Source: Gemmatimonas sp. | Lineage (GTDB): Bacteria > Gemmatimonadota > Gemmatimonadetes > Gemmatimonadales > Gemmatimonadaceae | NCBI GenBank assembly: GCA_031414535.1 | Contig: JANNVQ010000014.1 | Span: forward strand, 160,001-224,000 | Reading direction: 5' to 3' | Length of the DNA stretch: 64,000 nt | Part shown: in pieces, positions 37,996 to 48,400 of the stretch | How the letters are laid out: each line of letters starts with the position of its first letter | How positions within the stretch are numbered: position 1 is the stretch's first letter | Position numbers and translations under genes: made by a program | Notes under the pieces: model-generated | Told to the model about the DNA's origin: nothing | The model's database searches: none | The model's input: only the letters and a program-made list of their open reading frames with translations

Positions 37996-40900
37996 ATGCC
38001 GAACCGCCCCTTCTCCTGCTTCTTGATTGGCACCGAGTCTCTGCTGATTGGCTGCGCCGAAACCCTGCGCGAAACCGGCCAGCAGATTCTCGGCGTCATC
38101 ACAGACGAGCCATCAATCGTCGCATGGTGCAATGAGCGCGGCCTTCGCGTGATTCCCAGCGCGGATGACTACACGGCAATCTTAGCCGAGCAGCCCTTCG
38201 ACTTCCTGCTATCCATCACCAATCTCACAATCATCCCCGCCGGAGCACTGAAGTTGCCGCGGCGTGGGGCGGTGAACTTCCACGACGGCCCACTGCCCCG
38301 TTTTGGTGGCTTGTACGCACCGGCGTGGGCACTGATGGCGGGCGAAGCCGAGTACGGCATCACTTGGCACCAGTTGACGGGGGCCGTGGACGAGGGCGAC
38401 ATCGTCTTGCAGCGTCGCTTTGCAATCAGCGACGGCGAGACTTCGCTCAGCTTGAACACCAAGTGCTTTGAAGCGGGGCTCGAGTCGTTCCCGGAGCTGG
38501 TAGAAATTCTCTCCGGCACCGGCACACCGCCCCTGAAGCACGCGCTCGACAGGTCCACCTATCACGGTCTCTCGGATCGCCCGCGTGCGCTTGCCTCGCT
38601 CGACTGGTCGCGCCCTGCGGAGGAACTCGCCTCGCTGGTGCGGGCGCTCGACTTCGGCACGTATACCAATCCACTCGGCATCGCACGGATCCTCGGCAGC
38701 AAAGCCTGCGTGATCGTGGGCCGGCTTGAGGCTCTCGACAACGCAGTAGACTCCGCCCCCGGAACGGTACTCGCGGCAGAAGGCGACTCGCTCCGCGTTG
38801 CAGCAATGGGCGGCGTGTTGGTGCTCACGCGCTTGCTGAGCGCTGACGGCGCCCCGCTCTCGGCACGGGACGCACTCGGCGCACTGGGCGTAGCAGTTGG
38901 CAGCACGCTCCCATCGCCGGATGCTACGCTCGCGGATGCCTTGGATAGCTGGGCGGGAAAGTACGCTCGCTTCGAAGGCGCGTGGGCTTCGCGTCTCGCG
39001 GCGGTTGATCCCGTCGAGCTGCCCTTTGCCGAACGGGCGAGCGACCGGAGCGCACGCCGCGAGCGCGTACCGGTGGGCCGCACTGAGCAGCGCGAACGCG
39101 CGGCCGCGACATTCGCCGCGCTGACCGCTCGTTTGGCAGGCCGCGCGCGTTTTGACCTCGCGTTCCGCGAGTCAGGCAGTGTCGGCGCTGATGCCGCACT
39201 CGGGGCCGTGATTTCTGCGGCCGTTCCGCTGCGCATCTCGCTCCCAGAGCAGGGCTCGCTCGCCGATGCGCGTGCTTCGGTTGACGCATCGCTCGCGTGG
39301 GTACGGAAGCGGGGTGGCTTCTCGCGCGACATCGCCGCGCGCCGCCCGGCGCTCCGCGCCTCGCTTGGCCGCCCCTTCACCCTCGCCGTCGGCATTGAAC
39401 TCGTCGAGACCCTCAGCGATGCCGCGATGATTGGCAGCGACCTCACACTGGTTTTGGCACGCGACGGAAGCGCGGCATTCGACTTCGATGCCGCGGTGCT
39501 CGACCCCGCTCGCGTGAACGCGATGGTGGCGCAATGGCAGGCCCTGCTTGGTGCCACCGACGAGACGCGCTGGCTGGAAATCTCGCTGATGTCTGCCGAG
39601 GAGCGCACTCGTTTGCTCGAAACCTGGGGCACGGCACCCCGCGAGCTACGGCAGGGCCAAACAATTCACGAGATGATTGCCGCGCAGGCAGCGCGCACGC
39701 CCGAAGCCGTGGCGGTAGCGTTTGAAGACCGGCAGATGACGTATCGCGAACTCGATGTCGCGGCCAATCGGCTCGCGCACAAGTTGCGTAGCCTTGGCGC
39801 CGGCGCCGACACGCTAGTGGCGCTTTGCTGCGAACGCTCCTTGGATATGCTCGTCGGCATGCTCGGCGTCCTCAAGTCGGGCGCCGCGTATGTGCCTATC
39901 GACGCGGCCTACCCTGGCGATCGCATCGAATACATGCTCGAGGATTCGCAGGCCAAGATCCTCGTGACGCAAGAAGCGGTGCTCGGCGAACTGCCCGACA
40001 CGCGCGCCGACATCGTCTGTCTTGATCGCGATGCGGCGGCGCTCGCCAAGGAGCCCGAGACGCTCCCCGTCGAGGGCGCCACGAGCGCCAACCTCGCGTA
40101 CTGCATCTATACCTCGGGCTCCACCGGCCGCCCCAAGGGCGTGATGGTAGAGCACCGCAACGTTGTGAACTTCTTTGGCGCGATGGACGAGCGCCTTGGC
40201 ACGGAGCCCGGCGTGTGGCTTGCGGTCACGAGCCTGTCCTTTGACATCTCGGTGCTCGAGCTGCTGTGGTCGCTCACGCGCGGCTACAAGGTCGTGGTGT
40301 ACGCTGACGAGAATCGCGCCGCTGGTGCAACGGCCGGACTCGCCAACGCCCACAAGGCCGTCGGCTTCTCGCTCTTCTACTTCTCGGCGGACGAGAACGC
40401 CAACGCCGGTGATCGCTACCGCGTGTTGATGGAGGGTGCGCGCTTCGGCGACAAGCACGGGTTCACGGCAGTGTGGACACCCGAGCGCCACTTCCACGCA
40501 TTTGGCGGCTTGTATCCTAATCCGGCTGTGACTGGTGCGGCCGTCGCCGCCGTGACCTCGAGGATCGGCGTGCGTGCTGGCAGTTGCGTCCTGCCGCTGC
40601 ATCATCCGGTACGCGTCGTCGAAGAGTGGTCGGTGGTGGACAATCTCTCCAACGGCCGCGTCGGCATCTCCTTCGCCGCCGGTTGGCAGCCCAATGATTT
40701 TATCTTCCAACCGCAGAACTATGCGGACGCGAAGAACAAGACGATTGAGATGATCGAGACTGTACGCCAGCTGTGGCGTGGCGAGACGCTCTCGTTCCCG
40801 GGCCCGCGCGGCGACGTGCCGGTGCGCACGCTGCCACGCCCGGTGCAGAGTGAGTTGCCGATCTGGTATACCACGGCCGGCAATCCTGAGTCCTACGAGC

Positions 40901-42633
40901 TCGCGGGAACGCTGGGCGTGAACGTGCTCACGCATCTGCTCGGGCAGAGCGTGGACGAACTCGCCGACAAGATCACGCTCTACCGCAAGGCGTGGAAGGC
41001 CGCTGGCCACAAGGGCCAAGGGCAAATCTCCTTGATGTTACACACCTTCGTCGGCGACAGCGATGCCGAAGTGAAGGAAGTGGTGCGTGCACCGATGAAG
41101 GCCTACCTCGGCACCTCCATCTCGCTCATCAAGGGGTTCGCCTCGGCGTTCCCGACATTCAAGAAGAGCAAGGACGGCAAGGCTCCAGAACTCGATTTCG
41201 CCAGCCTCACGCCCGACGAGATGGACGCGCTGCTCGAGTACTCGTTCGAACGCTACTACGAGACCAGCGGACTGTTTGGCACCGTTGAGACCTGCGCCAA
41301 GATCGTGGACCGCCTGAAGGGCATCGGCGTGGACGACATCGCCGCCTTGATCGACTTCGGCGTGGACACGGATCTCGTGCTGCGCCATCTGCGGCAGTTG
41401 AACCGCCTGCGCGCGCAGACCAGCCGTCCGCGTGCGGCCTTTGCCGACTACTCCGTGGCGGCGCTCATCGCGCGGCACCGGGTGACGCACCTGCAGTGCA
41501 CGCCTTCAATGGCCGCGATGTTGGTTGCCGAGGACCGCAGCCGCGACGCGCTCCGCAACCTGCGCACGATGTGCGTGGGTGGCGAGGCATTCCCGCCCTC
41601 GCTTGCTGCCGATCTGCAGCGTCTCATTCCTGGCGACGTGCACAATATGTACGGCCCCACGGAGACGACGATTTGGTCGTCGATGTTCACGCTGGGCGGC
41701 AAGCTCGACGCCGTTCCGCTGGGGACGCCGCTGGCCAACAACGAACTCTACGTACTCGACGCCTTCCGCCAGCCAGTGCCGCCAGGCGTCGCCGGCGAGC
41801 TCTACATCGGCGGCGCGCAGGTGGTGCGCGGCTACTGGCGTCGTGCCGAACTGACGGCCGAGCGCTTTACGGCGCATCCGTTCAAGCGCGACCCAGCGGC
41901 GCGCGTCTATCGCACGGGCGATCTTGTGCGCTGGCGTGAGGACGGGCGTTTGGAATTCCTCGGGCGCGTGGACTTCCAAGTGAAGGTCCGCGGCTATCGC
42001 ATCGAACTCGGCGAGATCGAAGCCGCGCTGGCGTCGCATCCCGCCGTGCGCGAGGCCGTGGTGGTGGCGCGCAAGGACGCCGATGACGCCGACCCGCGAC
42101 TTGTTGGCTACGTGACGTGGAAGCGGGAGGCACCCGCCGACTTTGTCACGGTGCTGCGTGAGCATCTCCGCGTGGGACTGCCGGAGTTCATGATCCCCAG
42201 CCATCTGATTGCCCTGCGCGACCTCCCGCGCACACCCAATCAGAAGGTGGATCGCAAGGCGCTACCCTCGCCGGCACAGGTGGTGGAGGCGGCACCGCGG
42301 AACGAGCCGGCCATCGCACCGGCTGGCGAGTTGGAGACGGTCATCGCCGGCATTTGGCAGGAAGTGCTCAAGCTTCCCGCTGTCGGTGTCGCCGATAATT
42401 TCTTTGACCTCGGCGGCCACTCGCTGCTCGCGGTCCAGGTACACTCGCGGCTGAAGAAGGCCCTGCAGCGCGATCTCGCCATCACGGACCTCTTCCGCTT
42501 TCCCACGGTGCGTGGACTGTCGGAGTTCCTCGGCGGCGGTGGCCAAGACGACACGGCAGTAAAGAGCGGGATGGACCGCGCTGCGCAGCGGCGAGAGATG
42601 GCGGCGCGCCGGACGCGCCGCCCAACCAAGTAA
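37996..42633 (+). CDS. NRPS-like protein: formyltransferase - degenerate C remnant - A domain (Gly-type) with inserted luciferase-like monooxygenase - PCP
   Basis: NFHDGPLP..DEGDI (formyltransferase N/H/D); YTSGSTGRPKG, FDIS, YGPTE, YRTGD, NQKVDR; WTPERHFHAFGGLYPNP (LLM); FFDLGGHSL; ATG 37996. Confidence 0.9.
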   Translation: MPNRPFSCFLIGTESLLIGCAETLRETGQQILGVITDEPSIVAWCNERGLRVIPSADDYTAILAEQPFDFLLSITNLTIIPAGALKLPRRGAVNFHDGPLPRFGGLYAPAWALMAGEAEYGITWHQLTGAVDEGDIVLQRRFAISDGETSLSLNTKCFEAGLESFPELVEILSGTGTPPLKHALDRSTYHGLSDRPRALASLDWSRPAEELASLVRALDFGTYTNPLGIARILGSKACVIVGRLEALDNAVDSAPGTVLAAEGDSLRVAAMGGVLVLTRLLSADGAPLSARDALGALGVAVGSTLPSPDATLADALDSWAGKYARFEGAWASRLAAVDPVELPFAERASDRSARRERVPVGRTEQRERAAATFAALTARLAGRARFDLAFRESGSVGADAALGAVISAAVPLRISLPEQGSLADARASVDASLAWVRKRGGFSRDIAARRPALRASLGRPFTLAVGIELVETLSDAAMIGSDLTLVLARDGSAAFDFDAAVLDPARVNAMVAQWQALLGATDETRWLEISLMSAEERTRLLETWGTAPRELRQGQTIHEMIAAQAARTPEAVAVAFEDRQMTYRELDVAANRLAHKLRSLGAGADTLVALCCERSLDMLVGMLGVLKSGAAYVPIDAAYPGDRIEYMLEDSQAKILVTQEAVLGELPDTRADIVCLDRDAAALAKEPETLPVEGATSANLAYCIYTSGSTGRPKGVMVEHRNVVNFFGAMDERLGTEPGVWLAVTSLSFDISVLELLWSLTRGYKVVVYADENRAAGATAGLANAHKAVGFSLFYFSADENANAGDRYRVLMEGARFGDKHGFTAVWTPERHFHAFGGLYPNPAVTGAAVAAVTSRIGVRAGSCVLPLHHPVRVVEEWSVVDNLSNGRVGISFAAGWQPNDFIFQPQNYADAKNKTIEMIETVRQLWRGETLSFPGPRGDVPVRTLPRPVQSELPIWYTTAGNPESYELAGTLGVNVLTHLLGQSVDELADKITLYRKAWKAAGHKGQGQISLMLHTFVGDSDAEVKEVVRAPMKAYLGTSISLIKGFASAFPTFKKSKDGKAPELDFASLTPDEMDALLEYSFERYYETSGLFGTVETCAKIVDRLKGIGVDDIAALIDFGVDTDLVLRHLRQLNRLRAQTSRPRAAFADYSVAALIARHRVTHLQCTPSMAAMLVAEDRSRDALRNLRTMCVGGEAFPPSLAADLQRLIPGDVHNMYGPTETTIWSSMFTLGGKLDAVPLGTPLANNELYVLDAFRQPVPPGVAGELYIGGAQVVRGYWRRAELTAERFTAHPFKRDPAARVYRTGDLVRWREDGRLEFLGRVDFQVKVRGYRIELGEIEAALASHPAVREAVVVARKDADDADPRLVGYVTWKREAPADFVTVLREHLRVGLPEFMIPSHLIALRDLPRTPNQKVDRKALPSPAQVVEAAPRNEPAIAPAGELETVIAGIWQEVLKLPAVGVADNFFDLGGHSLLAVQVHSRLKKALQRDLAITDLFRFPTVRGLSEFLGGGGQDDTAVKSGMDRAAQRREMAARRTRRPTK

Positions 42634-42646
42634 GCGGATCTATTGA

Positions 42647-45600
42647 ATGTCTGAGCCACGGGAACTGCAGGGCAACGAAATCGCCATCGTCGGCATGGCG
42701 GGACGCTTTCCAGGCGCGCGCAGCTTGGCGGAGTTCTGGCGCAACCTCGAGGGCGGCGTCGAGTGCATCCGCATGCTGAGTGACGAAGAGCTGCGGGCAG
42801 CGGGAGTGTCGGAGCGTCAGCTCGCCGACCCCAACTACGTGCGCGCCGCGGCCATCCTCGACGACATGGAGAGCTGGGACGCCCCGTTCTGGGGATTCAC
42901 ACCGCTCGACGCGAGCATCATGGATCCGCAGCATCGCCTGTTCCTGGAATGCGCGTGGGAGGCATTCGAGGACGCCGGTCACGCGCCCGAACAGTTCGCT
43001 GGCGCGATTGGCGTATTCGCAGGCTGCGGCATGCAGGCCTACATGTCGTACAACCTGCTGCCCAACAAGAAGCTGATGGACAGCACGGGACTCTTTCTCG
43101 TGCGCCACACCGGCAACGAGAAGGACTTCCTCGCGACCCGCGTCTCGTACCAGATGAACCTGCGCGGCCCCAGCGTGAGCGTGCAGACGGCCTGCTCCAC
43201 CTCGCTGGTCGCGTTGCATCAAGCTTCGCAGAGCCTGCTCAGCGGCGAGTGCGACATGGCCATCGCCGGTGGCGTGACGATCGAGATGCCGCATCGCGTG
43301 GGCTACACGTACAAGGAGAACGAGATCCTCTCGCCGGACGGCCATTGCCGCGCTTTCGACGCCGAGTCCAAGGGCACGGTGTTCGGCTCTGGCGCGGGCG
43401 CCGTGGTGCTGCGTCGCCTTGAGGACGCGCTGCGTGATGGCGATCGCATTCACGCCGTGGTGCTCGGCTCGGCCATCAACAACGACGGTTCCAACAAGGT
43501 CGGATATCTCGCGCCGTCCGTGGATGGGCAGTCGGCGAGCATCGTCGAGGCGCTTGGCGTCGCGAACGTATCGCCCGACAGCATCAGCTACGTAGAGACG
43601 CACGGCACGGGCACGCCCGTCGGTGATCCCATCGAAGTCACGGCGCTCACCCAAGCCTTTCGTACGGGCACGGACCGTACGGGCTTCTGCGGCATCGGCT
43701 CGCTCAAGACCAGCATCGGGCACCTCGACACCGCCGCCGGTGTGGCGAGCCTCATCAAGACCGTGCTGGCCATGGCGCACCGCAAGCTGCCGCCGAGCCT
43801 CAACTTCACGGCGCCGAATCCCGCCATCGACTTTGCCGCGAGCCCGTTCTATGTGAACGCCTCGCTCAAGGACTGGAACGCTGAGCCGCGCCGTGCTGGC
43901 GTGAGCTCACTTGGCGTGGGTGGCACCAACGCGCATGTCATCGTCGAAGAGCCGCCAGTCGCCACGCCCTCGGGCCCTTCGCGTCCTTGGCAGCTCCTCA
44001 ACGTGTCCGCGCGCACGCGCACGGCACTGGATGTCGCGAGCGCCAATCTCGCGGACCATCTCGATGCCAATCGCGAGTTGCCGCTCGCCGATGCCGCGTT
44101 CACCCTGAGCACCGGACGTCAAGCGCTCAAGGAGCGGCGCATCGTGGCCGCCCGCACGCACGAGGAAGCACGCCGTTTGCTCGATGCGAACGAGAAGGAG
44201 CGCGTGTTCTCCGACACCGCGTCGGATCGCGCACAGGCGGCATTCCTGTTTGCCGGCGGTGGCGCGCAGTATGCGGGAATGGGCGCTGAGCTCTACGCGG
44301 CTGAGCCCGTCTACAAGCGGGCGGTGGATGAATGCCTGCAGCAGCTCGATGCGGACATCGCGCGCGAAGTACGAGCGTTGCTGCTGCCCGCCGCTGGAAC
44401 CGAAGCCGAAGGCTCGGCCCGACTCGAGCGCCCCTCGCTCGCCTTGCCGGCGCTCTTCAGCACGCAGTACGCGATGGCCAAGCTGCTGGAGTCCTGGGGC
44501 ATTGTCCCGGAATCGATGATCGGCCATTCGATGGGCGAGTACACGGCCGCGCATCTCGCGGGCGTCTTCTCGTTGAAGGACGCACTGCGTCTCGTGGCGC
44601 TCCGTGGTCGCCTGTTTGAAACGGTGCCTGCAGGTGCAATGCTCAGCGTACCGCTCTCCGAAGCTGAGTTGCGCCCCCTGCTCGGTACCGAACTCAGCAT
44701 CGCCGCCGTGAACGCGCCCCAGCTCTGCGTGGCGTCCGGACCTGTTGCAGCGATTGACGCGCTGGCCGCTGCGCTGGCGTCCAAGGAAATTGATGCCAAG
44801 AAGCTGCACATCGCCGTGGCTGCACACTCGGCGATGCTGGAGCCCATCCTGAAGGAGTTCGGCGACTTCTTCCGCACCATCAAGATGAGTGCGCCAAAGC
44901 GGCCGTTCGTCTCCAATGAGTCGGGCACTTGGATTACCAAGGAGCAGGCGACGGACCCAGAGTATTGGGTGCGCCACCTACGCAATACCGTACGCTTCGC
45001 CGACGGCGTCGCCGAACTCGTGCGCGATTCCGCGCGCGTGCTCGTGGAAGTCGGTCCGGGACGCGTACTCGCCACGCTGGCCCGTCAGCACCCCGACCGT
45101 CAGCAGTCGCAGTTAGTGATGACCACGATGCGTTCGTTCAGCGACGAAGGGGCGGACCTTCAGTTCGCACTCACCGCACTCGGTCGGCTCTGGGCGCGCG
45201 GCCTCAAGCCCGATTGGTCTGCCTACTGGAGCGATGAATCGCGTCGCCGGGTGTCGCTGCCGACCTATCCCTGGGAGCGTCAGCGGCACTGGATTGACGC
45301 ACCCGTCGCCGGCGCGAACGCCGAGCCTGACGAATCCCGCCGCACGCGCGTCGAGGATTGGCTGGCACGGCCCTCGTGGAAGCAGACACTTCCGCCATCG
45401 CCGATCACGGCCAAGGATGGGCGCGTGCTGGTGTTCGCCGACGAGACGGGCTTCAGCGATCTCTTGGCGGAACAGCTCCGCGCCGCCGGCCGTACGGTCC
45501 GCCGCGTCGTCGCGGGCAATGCGTATGGGCAGAATGCGGACGGCGGCTTCACCGTCCGTGCCGGCGCCATGGAAGACCACGGCAAGATGCTTGCGGCCCT

Positions 45601-48400
45601 CGTGGCCGAGGGCGGGACGCCTGAGCACGTGGTGTTCGCATGGGGCATCACCTCAAGCGGTGTCAGCGCTGAGCAAATCACGGAGCGTGGTTTCCACGGT
45701 CTCCTCGCCTTCGCTCAGGCACTCGCCAGCGAGGATCCCGACGCACACATCACGCTCGACCTGCTGACCAACGACTTGCAACGCGTCGGTGACAGCGACG
45801 GCCTCGAGCCGGCCAAGGCGCTCTTGCTTGGCCCCACTCGCGTGATGCCACGCGAGTACACGAATCTGCGCAGCCGTGCGATTGACCTGCGCTTGCCGCA
45901 GGCCGCGCCATCGCGCACCCGCCTTTCATCGCTTGTGGCCCGCGAAATTCTGAGCGAGCCCCTCGAGGAAACCCTAGCCTTCCGCGGTGGCGATCGCTTT
46001 GTGCAAACGCTCGAGCCCATGCCTGCAGTGGGTGAGTCGCCCGCGCTTCGCGAAGGCGGCGTGTATCTGATCACCGGTGGCTTGGGTGGCATCGGCTTCG
46101 CGCTGGCCGAGCATCTCGCCAAGTCGGTACGAGCGAAACTTGTTCTCGTAGGCCGCGGCGCAACCGGAGCGCGCAGCAAGAGCAAGATTGCCGCCCTCGA
46201 GGCCTTGGGCGCTCAGGTAGAAGTCGTGCAGGCGGACATCACGCGTGCCGATCAGGCTCGCTCTGCTGTCGAAGCTGCCGCTCGTCGCTTTGGCGCGCTC
46301 CACGGTGTCTTCCACGCAGCCGGCACGCTCGGCGATTCTCTTATTGCACTCAAGACCCAAGAAGACGCCGAGCGCGTGCTCGCACCGAAGGTGCGAGGCA
46401 CACTGAATCTCGATGCCGCGGTGGAAGGTCTCACGCTTGATGTATTCGTGTGCTTCTCGTCTATCTCGGCCGTGGCCGGACTCGCGGGCCAAGCGGACTA
46501 TGCGGCGGCGAACGCTTTTCTTGATGCGTTTGCTGCGGCGCGCAGCCTCCGCACGGGCCAGCGCACCGTGGCCATTGGATGGAGCGCCTGGAAGGACGTC
46601 GGTATGGCGGCAGCAATCGCCAGTGGCGCAGGAGCAGGCGGCGGAGTTGGCGAGCGCGTGCATCCGGTCCTTGGCACGCGCATCTGGGCCAGCGCCGAAG
46701 AGGAGCTCTTTGGCGGCGAGCTCGGCAACAACACGCACTGGATGCTCGAGGAGCATCGTCTGCGCGGCGGCCGTGCACTGATTCCCGGCACCGGCTATCT
46801 GGAAATCGCACGCGCGGCCGTCGAAGCACGCAGTGGGAGTGGCGCGGTGGAACTGCGCGACGTGGCCTTTATGTCGCCGTTCGTCGTCGAGGACAACACG
46901 CCGCGTGAGATGCGTGTGCACTTGGGCCACGGTGCCGGCAACACGCTGGTGATCGCCGGCCGCACCACCGCGGAGGACGGCAGCGTGCGTTGGCAGGAGC
47001 ATGTGACGGCGCAGGCGAGCTGGGTGGATGCGGAGGCACCGGCGCCACTGGACCTCGCCGGCATCCAATCGCGCTGCACCGCGCGCACGCAATCATTCAC
47101 GGGAAAGGAAGAGAATCCACACCTCGACTTTGGTCCGCGCTGGAAGAATCTGCGCGAGATCCGATACGGCAAGGACGAAGCCCTCGGCACGCTCGAGCTA
47201 CCGGCAGCGTTCCACGCCGACCTCGAGGAGTATCGGCTGCATCCTGCGATGATGGATATGGCCACGGCCTGCGCCGAATCACTCGTACCAGGCTTTGACG
47301 AAGCGAGCGACTTCTACGTGCCGCTTTCCTACACGCGGCTCACGATGTTCGCGCCGTTGCCCGCCCGCATCCACACGCACGTACGCTTGGCCCCGAGCGA
47401 CTTCGATCCTAAGGAGATCGTGGTGTTCGACGTCACGATCACCGACGATAGCGGTCGGGTGTTGGTGGACATCGGCGAGTTCATGATGACGCGCGTGACG
47501 GACACGGCACAGTTGCAGGATGTGGGCACGCGTACGTCTGCACGGCGCACGCATGTGCACTTGGAGCCGCCCGCGCAGGCCACTGAACAGCCAGCGCTCG
47601 TGCAAGGCCTCGAAGATGCCATTGGTACGGCCGAGGGCATGCGCGCCATTGAATGCATTCTCGCTGGACCCGATGTACCGCTGGTCTACGCCACGCCGAT
47701 GGACGTGCGGCATCTCTTGGTCGAACTGCGTAGCGCGATGATGCCTTCGCGGCCCGCGGCGACACCGGCCCTGCCGACGCCAACACTACCGCTGCACGAA
47801 ATTGAAGCGGTGCTCTCCACGCACGAGGTAGTCAGCCAGTGCGTGGTGCTGCAGCGCATGAATCGTCCGGGTGAATTGAAGCTCGTGGCCTACGTGGTCT
47901 TTGCGCCGGGCGAGAGCGCCACCGTCTCGGACCTGCGCCGCTTCCTCAAGTCGCGGTTGCCGGAGCACATGGTGCCGAGCACCTTCGTGGAGCAGGACGC
48001 CCTGCCGCTCAAGGTGGACGGCGCCGTGGACCGCGAGGCCCTGCCGGATCCCTTCGGCGCCGCCGACGACTACGTGGCGCCGCGCAGCGACACCGAGAAG
48101 CTCATCGCCGAGATCTGGAAGGAAGTGCTCGGCATCGGCCGCGTGAGTGTCTACGACAACTTCTTCGATGCCGGCGGCCACTCGTTGCTGGCCGTACGTG
48201 TGGTCACGCGCATTGACAAGAAACTTGGCGTGCGCCTCAACCAGGCCATCATGGTGCTGCAGACCCTCGAGCAGATTGCCGCGGAGTGCGACAAGCGCCG
48301 CGGCTCGCAGCCGGGATCGGCCACGCCCGACGCGCCGCCTGCACCAGAGAGCAGCGGTGGACTCGGCAAGAAGCTCTTCAACGCCCTGAGGGGTAAGTGA
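42647..48400 (+). CDS. Single-module type I PKS: KS-AT-KR (with nested DH)-vestigial A subdomain-PCP-type carrier
   Basis: TACSTS, HGTGT, KTSIGH (KS); GHSMG (AT); GGLGGIG, YAAAN (KR); HRLRGGRALIPG, HPAMMD (DH); FFDAGGHSL. Confidence 0.92.
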   Translation: MSEPRELQGNEIAIVGMAGRFPGARSLAEFWRNLEGGVECIRMLSDEELRAAGVSERQLADPNYVRAAAILDDMESWDAPFWGFTPLDASIMDPQHRLFLECAWEAFEDAGHAPEQFAGAIGVFAGCGMQAYMSYNLLPNKKLMDSTGLFLVRHTGNEKDFLATRVSYQMNLRGPSVSVQTACSTSLVALHQASQSLLSGECDMAIAGGVTIEMPHRVGYTYKENEILSPDGHCRAFDAESKGTVFGSGAGAVVLRRLEDALRDGDRIHAVVLGSAINNDGSNKVGYLAPSVDGQSASIVEALGVANVSPDSISYVETHGTGTPVGDPIEVTALTQAFRTGTDRTGFCGIGSLKTSIGHLDTAAGVASLIKTVLAMAHRKLPPSLNFTAPNPAIDFAASPFYVNASLKDWNAEPRRAGVSSLGVGGTNAHVIVEEPPVATPSGPSRPWQLLNVSARTRTALDVASANLADHLDANRELPLADAAFTLSTGRQALKERRIVAARTHEEARRLLDANEKERVFSDTASDRAQAAFLFAGGGAQYAGMGAELYAAEPVYKRAVDECLQQLDADIAREVRALLLPAAGTEAEGSARLERPSLALPALFSTQYAMAKLLESWGIVPESMIGHSMGEYTAAHLAGVFSLKDALRLVALRGRLFETVPAGAMLSVPLSEAELRPLLGTELSIAAVNAPQLCVASGPVAAIDALAAALASKEIDAKKLHIAVAAHSAMLEPILKEFGDFFRTIKMSAPKRPFVSNESGTWITKEQATDPEYWVRHLRNTVRFADGVAELVRDSARVLVEVGPGRVLATLARQHPDRQQSQLVMTTMRSFSDEGADLQFALTALGRLWARGLKPDWSAYWSDESRRRVSLPTYPWERQRHWIDAPVAGANAEPDESRRTRVEDWLARPSWKQTLPPSPITAKDGRVLVFADETGFSDLLAEQLRAAGRTVRRVVAGNAYGQNADGGFTVRAGAMEDHGKMLAALVAEGGTPEHVVFAWGITSSGVSAEQITERGFHGLLAFAQALASEDPDAHITLDLLTNDLQRVGDSDGLEPAKALLLGPTRVMPREYTNLRSRAIDLRLPQAAPSRTRLSSLVAREILSEPLEETLAFRGGDRFVQTLEPMPAVGESPALREGGVYLITGGLGGIGFALAEHLAKSVRAKLVLVGRGATGARSKSKIAALEALGAQVEVVQADITRADQARSAVEAAARRFGALHGVFHAAGTLGDSLIALKTQEDAERVLAPKVRGTLNLDAAVEGLTLDVFVCFSSISAVAGLAGQADYAAANAFLDAFAAARSLRTGQRTVAIGWSAWKDVGMAAAIASGAGAGGGVGERVHPVLGTRIWASAEEELFGGELGNNTHWMLEEHRLRGGRALIPGTGYLEIARAAVEARSGSGAVELRDVAFMSPFVVEDNTPREMRVHLGHGAGNTLVIAGRTTAEDGSVRWQEHVTAQASWVDAEAPAPLDLAGIQSRCTARTQSFTGKEENPHLDFGPRWKNLREIRYGKDEALGTLELPAAFHADLEEYRLHPAMMDMATACAESLVPGFDEASDFYVPLSYTRLTMFAPLPARIHTHVRLAPSDFDPKEIVVFDVTITDDSGRVLVDIGEFMMTRVTDTAQLQDVGTRTSARRTHVHLEPPAQATEQPALVQGLEDAIGTAEGMRAIECILAGPDVPLVYATPMDVRHLLVELRSAMMPSRPAATPALPTPTLPLHEIEAVLSTHEVVSQCVVLQRMNRPGELKLVAYVVFAPGESATVSDLRRFLKSRLPEHMVPSTFVEQDALPLKVDGAVDREALPDPFGAADDYVAPRSDTEKLIAEIWKEVLGIGRVSVYDNFFDAGGHSLLAVRVVTRIDKKLGVRLNQAIMVLQTLEQIAAECDKRRGSQPGSATPDAPPAPESSGGLGKKLFNALRGK

